In this document: one piece after another, positions 42,237 to 50,251 of the stretch
Numbering within the stretch: position 1 is the stretch's first letter
Layout: each line of letters starts with the position of its first letter
From: Promethearchaeota archaeon
GTDB taxonomy: Archaea > Asgardarchaeota > Lokiarchaeia > Sigyniarchaeales > SOKP01
NCBI GenBank assembly: GCA_048939015.1
Contig: JBHLPW010000003.1
Coordinates: 32,001 to 96,000, forward strand
Direction of reading: 5' to 3'
Length of the DNA: 64,000 nucleotides
Made by a program: the position numbers and the translations under genes
Notes under the pieces: model-generated
What the model was told of the DNA's origin: nothing
Seen by the model: the letters and a program-made list of their open reading frames with translations, nothing else
Databases searched by the model: none

Positions 42237-43184
42237 CTAGTCTACGTAAATAATAATATCATCATCTTCTTCCTTTTTAGATTCATCAATAGCTTTTTTG
42301 TTATTATGTTGTTTTTTTAGGATCGTTCTATTTACCATTTCTTCTATAATCTTATAAATTTCATTCCTTGCTTTTTTTGATATTGCTGAAAGCCCATACG
42401 TTTTTACTCTAAAAAATTCTTCCACTTTTTCAGGAACAAGTGCTGTATTAAAATCCTGGAAGTTAGCAATAATATAAAAATCTGCTTTTTTTATCTTTTG
42501 TTCTAACAATGAAAACATCCTATGTGTATTACGTAGATTCATTCCTCCTGAATTTGTTACAAAACAAATAATATCAACAGAATCTAAAAGTTGCCTATAA
42601 TTATTTTGATTATCAACTAGATCTTGTAAGTCCATCTCTCTTATTACAATCTCCTGGATTTCCTCTAGATTTGGTAGTTTAATTGACTTCTCTACGATGT
42701 CATTGGTATCTTCATCAATTTTTATTACCGTTTCTCCAGGAAATAAATTGAAGATGGTCGATTTCCCAGTACCCGGAACACCAACTAATAAAATCTTAGG
42801 AGGTATAAAAATGTGAGTATTAATATATTCATCAAAACTTTCAAACTTTCCAACATCACAATCCCAATTTTTAATTTCCTGTCGATATCTCTTGAAAAAT
42901 TCAAATTTAAGCGATTCTAATTTATATCTTACTTCCTCTTCAGGATCATCAATATTGGTTACTATAATAAAAATCCAATTCTTCTCATAATCAAAGGTGA
43001 ATACAATATTAAAATTTCTAAAATTTAATGATCGTACCTCTCCCCCACCGATCTCGCTCGCTATATTGCTAATTGCTGTGAAAAAGCCACTTATAAAATC
43101 TTCATCAATAGACTCTTCGCTAAAAAATGATTTTGAATAGCATAGAACTCCACTCGCTTTTATTATGAATATTTTTTTTATCAT
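42237..43184 (-). CDS. longin-like domain + atypical small GTPase, copy 3
   Basis: Start MIKKIFII (43184) aligns with paralogs; GVPGTGKST; ANFQD; LSAI; acidic tail EEDDDIIIYVD. Confidence 0.8.
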   Translation of the reverse strand: MIKKIFIIKASGVLCYSKSFFSEESIDEDFISGFFTAISNIASEIGGGEVRSLNFRNFNIVFTFDYEKNWIFIIVTNIDDPEEEVRYKLESLKFEFFKRYRQEIKNWDCDVGKFESFDEYINTHIFIPPKILLVGVPGTGKSTIFNLFPGETVIKIDEDTNDIVEKSIKLPNLEEIQEIVIREMDLQDLVDNQNNYRQLLDSVDIICFVTNSGGMNLRNTHRMFSLLEQKIKKADFYIIANFQDFNTALVPEKVEEFFRVKTYGLSAISKKARNEIYKIIEEMVNRTILKKQHNNKKAIDESKKEEDDDIIIYVD

Positions 43185-43227
43185 AGGATTTTTTATTCTT
43201 TTTTGCAATAATAGATTGTATGATTAT

Positions 43228-45111
43228 TTAATATGATTCCTCTATCATCTCAAGGAATATATCAGCTATATTAAGCCATTTATTTTTATGTTCAGGCTCT
43301 AATGTTTCTTTTTTTGTCAATTCTTTCCCTTTTTTGAGATATTTAATAGATTGATCCTTGTTTCCTAAATGTTTATAGCAAATTCCTAATTTTATATAAG
43401 TTTGATTAATATACCATTCTTCAGGACTTAATTCAACTACTTTTTGAAATTGCACTAGTGCTTCATGGTAGTTTTGGTTATACATTAGAATCTCCCCATA
43501 TGTATCTAGATAAGTAGGATTATTTGGAGAGTTCAAAATAAGATTCTCAATGATTTCTAACGATTCATCTTTTTGATCCATATACTGCAACCAGTAAGCT
43601 TTGTACATAAGTAAATCTTTATCATCTGGGTAATCTTGAAGTAATCCTTCTATAATTTCAAATCCCGCTTTAAGTTTGTTTATTCGTTTTAGAATTGATG
43701 CTTTCTTAATTTTGATTTCTCTCCTATTCTCTGGAAATTTGTCAACCATTTCATCTAAATCCCTTGAAGCTTCATTATAACGACCTAAATAAATCAAAAT
43801 TTTAATTTTAGAATAATAATTCTCCATATTCTGTGAATTTTTACTAATTTTCTCATTTATGTTTAAAAGTTCTTGTTCATATTGATTTTCAGATTCTTGA
43901 AATAACTCAGCCATATTTTGCCAAATAATTCCCTCTAATTTATCCCCAATCCCTCTTAATTCAGGCTCTGTTTCAATTTTATATGCTAAATAATTAATAT
44001 AATCAGGTAAAAAATTATACAGGGATTCTTCTAATCCTTTAATAAATAATTTATCTAAGCATTCTTCTAGAATTTTATCAATAATTAACTGTTTATTTAT
44101 TGATTTTGAAAAGAGTCTATTAAAGTAAGTCAACATAGTAACATGTTCTTCTGTTATCGCTCTAAGCATCATTTCAATTTTTTCATTTTCTTGAAAATAA
44201 TAAATCTGGTCTGATGAAACTTTTAATTGAAAAAATTTAATCGGATATAATCCATTTTCTACAATTTGATCAATGTAATAAGTAAGGGTATTCTCTTTAA
44301 TGCCATATTTCTTTGAAAATGTCTCAGGTGATTCATAGTTAGGAAATTCATTAGGGTGATTTACTGAAAGAAATAGTATAATTTTGTTAAAATCATCCTC
44401 ATTTTTTAGCAATGATTCCACTCTGGTATAATCTAATTTTACAATATTGTTTAGAAGCCTAAATTGTAAGAATTCATCCTCAATCTTATTTTTTTTAAAA
44501 AAATCAATAGTCTTGTTAGTGATTTCCTCAACTCGCTTACTTTCTCTTTCTAAAATTGATTGTCTGTCTAAATTGTAATTTTGTAGCATATAGGCATACT
44601 CGACTTTCCCTTTTCTTGTGATTTTATATTCCTTGCTCTCATCATCCTTTTCTACTAAACCTTCTCTTTTTAATTGTTTTAAGTATTTTGATAGTGAGGT
44701 TTGATTGATTGCAACAGGCTCTTCGAGAAAATCAGACCACTTACAGTAGCTATTGTTATAGAGCATCCATAATATCCAATGATCATAATTCCTACCTTTC
44801 TTTAGGATAATATTTGGCGGAAAGTTTACTTTTCTTATTTCTACTGCATTTTGAGACAATTTATTGAATCGAATTATCCCATCTGGGGTAATTTTATAAT
44901 GCCCTATATCAGATTTAACTATTAAACCTTGATTTCTTAGAACTCTTAAATATCTTGACAATGTAGAAGTTGGAATTTTAAGGTTAACAAAATCAGACCA
45001 CTCACTATCATCATTATTACTCAACATCCAGAGAATAATATGCTCATAATTTTTCTTATCCATTGCTGGAGGGTTGAGAATCTCTTGAGGAGGGTAAATT
45101 TTCACTGGCAT
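43228..45111 (-). CDS. double winged-HTH + TPR putative transcriptional regulator, copy 1
   Basis: Two MarR/ArsR-like wHTH repeats (TSTLSRYL...GLI...YKITPDG; QTSLSKYL...GLV...YKITRKG) and C-terminal TPRs (YLDTYGEIL). Confidence 0.8.
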   Translation of the reverse strand: MPVKIYPPQEILNPPAMDKKNYEHIILWMLSNNDDSEWSDFVNLKIPTSTLSRYLRVLRNQGLIVKSDIGHYKITPDGIIRFNKLSQNAVEIRKVNFPPNIILKKGRNYDHWILWMLYNNSYCKWSDFLEEPVAINQTSLSKYLKQLKREGLVEKDDESKEYKITRKGKVEYAYMLQNYNLDRQSILERESKRVEEITNKTIDFFKKNKIEDEFLQFRLLNNIVKLDYTRVESLLKNEDDFNKIILFLSVNHPNEFPNYESPETFSKKYGIKENTLTYYIDQIVENGLYPIKFFQLKVSSDQIYYFQENEKIEMMLRAITEEHVTMLTYFNRLFSKSINKQLIIDKILEECLDKLFIKGLEESLYNFLPDYINYLAYKIETEPELRGIGDKLEGIIWQNMAELFQESENQYEQELLNINEKISKNSQNMENYYSKIKILIYLGRYNEASRDLDEMVDKFPENRREIKIKKASILKRINKLKAGFEIIEGLLQDYPDDKDLLMYKAYWLQYMDQKDESLEIIENLILNSPNNPTYLDTYGEILMYNQNYHEALVQFQKVVELSPEEWYINQTYIKLGICYKHLGNKDQSIKYLKKGKELTKKETLEPEHKNKWLNIADIFLEMIEESY

Positions 45112-45193
45112 TTTAGAAGAATTGATATAAAAACTACTCTATTTAAAAATAGTGTTAGGTTCTATATATATTTATTTTGTAGAACTACCATAG

Positions 45194-45237
45194 TAATTCG
45201 GGACTACCATGAAGGTACCTTTAAAAAAACTATAAAT
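45194..45237 (+). promoter_or_regulatory. operator-like motif + TATA (promoter A1)
   Basis: TAATTCGGGACTACCATG, then AAAAACTATAAAT with TATA at 45231; same motif and spacing at 46939-46982. Confidence 0.7.
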
Positions 45238-45350
45238 GGTTGTCATAAATACTCTTTTATGACCATTTCCATATTGTTCACTCTTAAAATTACTAATATT
45301 AATTTGGGTGTAGAATTAACAATGAGTAATAATAAGAGGGACGAAACAAG

Positions 45351-45399
45351 AATTTAGAATAGGAGGAATATATTTAATCCTCCATTCTAATTCTAAATT
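45351..45399 (+). other. stem-loop element, short copy of a 3-member family
   Basis: TTAGAATAGGAGGA...TCCTCCATTCTAA inverted repeat; same outer stem at 47869-47960 and 55719-55810. Confidence 0.6.
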
Positions 45400-45424
45400 T
45401 TAAGTAAAAAGGATAGATGAAAAA

Positions 45425-46762
45425 ATGAATAATAAAAAAACCTTTTTTATGGCATTAATATTGATCTTGTGTTTTAGCTTCCTGACACAAGGATTAACTG
45501 TCTCTAATGAAAAAAATGATATAAACAATAAGAGTACTTTACGTCTTTCGTCTACAAGCAATTCCGTTAAGTTTTCGTGGTATTGTATATGGGATCTTGC
45601 TCAGGAGGGAGGTGAGGGAGTGGCAGTAGATTCGTCAGGGAATATATATCTTGTAGGATGGACATATAACGCCACATTAACTGATATGGTTCTGGTGAAA
45701 TATGACAGTTCTGGGGTACAGCAATGGAATCGCACATGGGGTGGAAGTATTTCTGATGGAGGTGAAGATGTAGCAGTAGATTCTTCTGACAACGTGTATC
45801 TTGCCGGAAAAACAAGTAGTTTCGGAGAAGGAGATTATGACATGGTTCTGGTGAAATACGACAGTTCTGGTGTGCAGCAATGGAATCGCACATGGGGTGG
45901 AAGTATTAGGGATGATGGCTATGGAGTGGCATTTGATTCGTCTGATAACGTGTATCTTGTGGGAAGTACATTTAGTTACGGGGAGGGATATGATGATATA
46001 GTTTTGGTGAAATACAACAGTTCTGGTGTGCAGCAATGGAATCGCACATGGGGCGGAAGTGGTTCTGATGGAGGCAGGGGAGTGGCAGTAGATTCGTCTG
46101 ACAACGTTTATCTTTCGGGAGAAACAAAAAATTTCGGGGAGGGAAATTATGATATGGTTCTGGTGAAGTACGACAGTTCTGGAGTGCAGCAATGGAATCG
46201 CACATGGGGCGGAAGTAGTTCTGATGAAGGCACGGGAGTGGCAGTAGATTCGTCTGACAACTTATATCTTTCTGGATCGACAGAAAGTTTCGGGGAGGGA
46301 AATTATGATATAGTTCTGGTGAAATACGATGGTACTGGAGTGCAGCAATGGAATCGCACATGGGGCGGGATTATTAGGGATGAGTCCTATGGAGTGGCAG
46401 TAGATTCAGCTAACAGAATATATCTTGCGGGACGTACAAATAGTTTCGGGGAGGGATCTGATGATATAGTCTTGGTGAAATACGACAGTTCTGGTATGCA
46501 GCAAGGGGATCAAACATGGGGCGGGGTTAGTGGTGATGGAGGTACGGGAGTGGCAATAGATTCGTCTAACAACGTGTATCTTTCTGGATATACAGAAAGT
46601 TACGGAGGACCAGGTTCATCTATGGCTTTAGTGAAATATGTACAAGAACAAGGAATTTCTAGTTATAACTTATTTCTGTTTATTATTATAATTGGTGCGA
46701 TAACAGTGATAACAGCAATATCCCTTAAAAAAAAATATTATAAGAAATTTCTTCTTGAATAG
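45425..46762 (+). CDS. SBBP-repeat beta-propeller surface protein with signal peptide and C-terminal TM anchor
   Basis: ~7 repeats of GVAVDSSDNVYL.G.T.SFG.G..D.VLVKYDSSG.QQWNRTWGG; C-terminal ISSYN-TM-KKK tail. Confidence 0.88.
   Translation: MNNKKTFFMALILILCFSFLTQGLTVSNEKNDINNKSTLRLSSTSNSVKFSWYCIWDLAQEGGEGVAVDSSGNIYLVGWTYNATLTDMVLVKYDSSGVQQWNRTWGGSISDGGEDVAVDSSDNVYLAGKTSSFGEGDYDMVLVKYDSSGVQQWNRTWGGSIRDDGYGVAFDSSDNVYLVGSTFSYGEGYDDIVLVKYNSSGVQQWNRTWGGSGSDGGRGVAVDSSDNVYLSGETKNFGEGNYDMVLVKYDSSGVQQWNRTWGGSSSDEGTGVAVDSSDNLYLSGSTESFGEGNYDIVLVKYDGTGVQQWNRTWGGIIRDESYGVAVDSANRIYLAGRTNSFGEGSDDIVLVKYDSSGMQQGDQTWGGVSGDGGTGVAIDSSNNVYLSGYTESYGGPGSSMALVKYVQEQGISSYNLFLFIIIIGAITVITAISLKKKYYKKFLLE
45610..46640 (+). 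repeat. intragenic 156-bp tandem repeat (52-aa propeller blades)
   Basis: GCAATGGAATCGCACATGGGG recurs at 156-bp spacing (e.g. 45721, 45877). Confidence 0.85.
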
Positions 46763-46938
46763 GGTTGTTACTAAGTCATAAATACCCTATATTTTTTTAT
46801 AAAAATTGAACAAAACTAAATTTAAGTTAAGAATTTTTAATATCTGGGTCATTAATTCATACCTCTGAATGACCTTTTAATCCTTTATTCTATACATAAT
46901 TTTTTTTTTTTCTAATTTTATTGAATTTACTTTCTTGA

Positions 46939-46982
46939 TAATTCGGGATTACCATGGGACTTCGCTATTAAAAACTATAAAT
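46939..46982 (+). promoter_or_regulatory. operator-like motif + TATA (promoter A2)
   Basis: TAATTCGGGATTACCATG, 17/18 identical to 45194-45211; TATAAAT at 46976. Confidence 0.7.
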
Positions 46983-47053
46983 AGAAACGAGATCTCAGAT
47001 ATTATTGATCATCAATTCGATGATTACCAAATTTAGAAAAAAGATGAAAAAAA

Positions 47054-47827
47054 ATGAGTAAAACTTCTAAAGTACTAACATTAGTGACGCTAGGAATCCT
47101 CATTTTAAGCTTTACTTCTGCAGTATTAGCAAGTGAAGGTAATATTACTAAGAGGCCACTAGAGGATTGGTTAGAACCAAATTATACCGCTTTCCCTTGG
47201 GGCGAAGAAAATTGGGCTTTTTCGGACTTTGTTAGCCCTTATTCTTGGTTAGTGTGTAAGATGGGATTTCCTTGGCCTGCTGATAATGAAACATGTGAGT
47301 GGAGTCCATTTGTAAATGATTTAATATATGAGAATAGTTTAGTAGTAGGCGATACTATAATTAGCGGAGATATCAAAGAAAGAGCATTAGATGATGGAAC
47401 AGCTTTAATAACTTTACATTTAGATGTAAAGAATGCCCCTATGACGGTCTATGATTACTTTGATTTAATTTTCTATTGTTTTGATTGGGCACCCAAACCT
47501 CAAGCAGTATTAGGTGATGGAGAGGATGGTTATATAGATTATAAAGTAGACTTCAAATTTATTATCCCTGAGCCTGGAGCAGATTTACCCGATGCATTTT
47601 CTATGTGGGATAATTATATCTCATGTAATATTCATGGCATTGGTTATGGAACCTTGACAGAACGTGCAGTTGAGCTTGGTTTTGCTGAAACCGCTGGCGC
47701 AACAGGAATGGTAAACCTTCATGAAATTTGCCTTTTTAAACCCGATTTTGAAGAGGGTCACCCTAAATATGATCCTGGTTACGGTGATTTATGGCCTGTC
47801 GAAACAATTGAAATTCATGAAATATAA
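47054..47827 (+). CDS. secreted acidic protein, unknown function
   Basis: Signal peptide MSKTSKVLTLVTLGILILSFTSAVLA; Asp/Glu/aromatic-rich. Confidence 0.8.
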   Translation: MSKTSKVLTLVTLGILILSFTSAVLASEGNITKRPLEDWLEPNYTAFPWGEENWAFSDFVSPYSWLVCKMGFPWPADNETCEWSPFVNDLIYENSLVVGDTIISGDIKERALDDGTALITLHLDVKNAPMTVYDYFDLIFYCFDWAPKPQAVLGDGEDGYIDYKVDFKFIIPEPGADLPDAFSMWDNYISCNIHGIGYGTLTERAVELGFAETAGATGMVNLHEICLFKPDFEEGHPKYDPGYGDLWPVETIEIHEI

Positions 47828-47868
47828 AATAAATGGAGAGAAATTGAGGGTTGAATATCTAAATTATA

Positions 47869-47960
47869 ATATAGAATAAGGAGGAAAAAGTTTAGATAAA
47901 TGGCTTCTCGAATAACCACACCTAAACTGCAACTCCTCCAAATCTATATATCTTTTTTTT
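47869..47960 (+). terminator. long stem-loop + T-tract (terminator or structured RNA)
   Basis: TAGAATAAGGAGG/CTCCTCCAAATCTA outer stem, AGTTTAG/CTAAACT inner stem, followed by T-run. Confidence 0.6.
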
Positions 47961-48070
47961 ATTTATAAATTTGATTGGTTTATTTAATGGTATTGGAATA
48001 TTAACAATCTTTTTATAAGTAAAAATCTAAACTTATTTTAAACATAATCCTATATGATTCATCTTTTTTC

Positions 48071-48619
48071 ATGGGAAATTCTGTAAAAAAATTTAGATTT
48101 AAAATTACTGTCATAGGGGATGGTAGAGTAGGAAAGACATCCCTTATTAAGAAATTCACTTTAGGTACTTTTAAAACAGATTATGTTGAAACAATAGGTG
48201 CTCAATTCTCTAAATATGAAAAAGAAATTCACGGAGATAATATTCGATTACTATTTTGGGACATTGCAGGACAAAGAGAGTTTGATTTTCTTCGGCCTTC
48301 TTTCTACAAGGAAAGTAACGCAGCTGTCATAGTTTATAGTCTTGAACAAAATGAGCTTGGAGATGGAAGCTTTAGACACATAAACGATTGGGATAACGAA
48401 ATTAAGAAATTTTGCGGAGATATCCCGATTGTGGTATTTGCAAACAAAGCTGATTTAATAAATGAGAACGATCTAAATTTATCTAAAATTGAAAAAATTG
48501 TAAGAGAACATAATTTTCTCGGATATTATATTACTTCGGCAAAAACAGGACAAGGTGTTTATAAAGCTTTTGATGATATTATTGAAAATGTATATTATAG
48601 TCTTGTAGAAACTAGTTAG
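48071..48619 (+). CDS. Rab/Ras-like small GTPase
   Basis: GDGRVGKT, TIG, WDIAGQ, NKAD, TSAKTG. Confidence 0.93.
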   Translation: MGNSVKKFRFKITVIGDGRVGKTSLIKKFTLGTFKTDYVETIGAQFSKYEKEIHGDNIRLLFWDIAGQREFDFLRPSFYKESNAAVIVYSLEQNELGDGSFRHINDWDNEIKKFCGDIPIVVFANKADLINENDLNLSKIEKIVREHNFLGYYITSAKTGQGVYKAFDDIIENVYYSLVETS

Positions 48620-48668
48620 CCATAATAAATAAAACATAAATAAAAATTAAAAAGAAATAGGAGTAAAT

Positions 48669-48905
48669 TTAGGCAACATTTACAACTTGTTTTACTTCTG
48701 GGACAAATTGTTTAATTGCTCTTTCTACACCGTAAGTTAAGGTTTGTTGAGCGTGCATACAACCAGCACAATGGCCTAGCAATCGTACTTTTACTATTCC
48801 ATCATCTTCGACACTAATAAGTTCGATATCGCCGCCATCCATCTGTAATTGTGGTCTTATTTTCTCGATAACTTGTACAACTTTATCTTTATCCATCAAA
48901 TTCAC
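48669..48905 (-). CDS. NifU C-terminal/Nfu Fe-S cluster carrier
   Basis: IRPQLQMDGGDIEL...VRLLGHCAGC. Confidence 0.93.
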   Translation of the reverse strand: MNLMDKDKVVQVIEKIRPQLQMDGGDIELISVEDDGIVKVRLLGHCAGCMHAQQTLTYGVERAIKQFVPEVKQVVNVA

Positions 48906-49091
48906 TTAACAAAAATAGTTTATATTCTTTAATTTACAAAAGGCAAATAACCTTTTAAAGGATTCTTTTTATATTTTATTAATATTTTTCTAATGTAGTT
49001 ATTTAAATCACGCTTTTTGGGGTTAGATCTTTTAAGTAAAAAGATTATTGAGTTACCTCATATTTTTAACTCTAGAATAATCTGAAAAGAT

Positions 49092-49820
49092 TTGAAGATG
49101 GAAATTGAAAAAATATGGAATGAGAGTAGCTGGACTAAACAGGCTCGTGATATTATAACAAATATTAGAAAATTTCCTGAAGATTCTAAGGTTATTTTGA
49201 TCCTTAGACATTCTCAGAGGAATGAACCTAAAAAGTTCAGTGTAAACGCAGACTTGAGTTTGACTCCTCAAGGTCGAAGAATTGCTTATCTTTTTGGTGA
49301 AAAACTACCAAAGAATAGATCAATTCGTGTGTTTCACAGTGATGCTGAGAGATGTAAAGACACAGCTAATGAGATATTTGATGGTTTCAAAACATTGGGT
49401 GGTGATGCCATTTTGAAGGGTTTTTTCAAACCTTTATCTCACATAGGTATTGCTGTAAAATCCTTTTTCCAAGAAAATGAAAAATATGAGATATTAGACC
49501 TTTTTTATCGATGGGTTGCTGGAGTTTATTCTCCTACACTTTGGACTCCATTAATCACATATAGTCAAGAAGCTGGATTAATGATGTTGGAAAAAATCGA
49601 TAATGCTCCAGAGGAAACATTAGATATTCATGTTACGCATGATTTACATCTTATGGCTTTAAGATTAGGATGGTTTGGATTACATCCAGATGGAAGATGG
49701 GTTGATTACCTTGGAGGATTTGCGTTTTCGCTTTTAGAGGATCAAATAAAATTATTTGAGTATGGTGAATTTAAACCAGTAGAATATCCCTATTGGTGGA
49801 AAAACTCTAAAACAACCTAA
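49092..49820 (+). CDS. histidine phosphatase superfamily protein
   Basis: LILRHSQR, LTPQG, S..RC..TA, VTHD. Confidence 0.85.
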   Translation: MKMEIEKIWNESSWTKQARDIITNIRKFPEDSKVILILRHSQRNEPKKFSVNADLSLTPQGRRIAYLFGEKLPKNRSIRVFHSDAERCKDTANEIFDGFKTLGGDAILKGFFKPLSHIGIAVKSFFQENEKYEILDLFYRWVAGVYSPTLWTPLITYSQEAGLMMLEKIDNAPEETLDIHVTHDLHLMALRLGWFGLHPDGRWVDYLGGFAFSLLEDQIKLFEYGEFKPVEYPYWWKNSKTT

Positions 49821-49842
49821 TTTTAATAAAATTATCAATAAG

Positions 49843-50232
49843 TTGAAGTTAAAAATGGATGCAAAAGAATTTATAAACCAATTGAATTATGTTCAAGAAT
49901 TAATGCAAGAAGAGAATTATAAGGAAGCAATTATCATACTTGAAAAACTTAAAGAATTAGACAAAAATACAGATTTTGATTATAATCTCACTCATAGATT
50001 ATACCAATTAGATTCAAATACTCGCTCACTCTATAATCAAGAAATTATCTTGAAATTATTAACTCAACTTTCCACTAAAACTAAAAAAGTTAGTTTCGAT
50101 GACTTAAAGCAAAAACTAATGGAATTAAATAATTTAGATCTAAGTGTTGATATTTTAAGAAGGGAAATTGAAATACTCATATTAAGAAATCTTTTAGCAT
50201 GTAGAATTGATGGAGAATTTTTAATATTTTGA
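49843..50232 (+). CDS. small helical-hairpin + winged-helix (PCI-like) protein
   Basis: TPR-like N-terminal helices; KVSFDDL...ILILRNLLACRIDG C-terminus resembles the PCI winged helix. Confidence 0.55.
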   Translation: MKLKMDAKEFINQLNYVQELMQEENYKEAIIILEKLKELDKNTDFDYNLTHRLYQLDSNTRSLYNQEIILKLLTQLSTKTKKVSFDDLKQKLMELNNLDLSVDILRREIEILILRNLLACRIDGEFLIF

Positions 50233-50251
50233 AAAAAAATTCTGCTTTAAT

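Noticed and set aside
45040-45357. 105-aa + strand ORF
   Set aside because: Overlaps the regulator start and runs through the promoter motif; only its last 12 codons (from ATG 45322) are considered, as a possible remnant
45567-46361. Four antisense ORFs with repeated Cys/His motifs
   Set aside because: Shadows of the repetitive SBBP gene on the opposite strand
45610-46640. Regular repeats as a possible CRISPR array
   Set aside because: 156-bp in-frame coding repeats with no unique spacers and no cas genes
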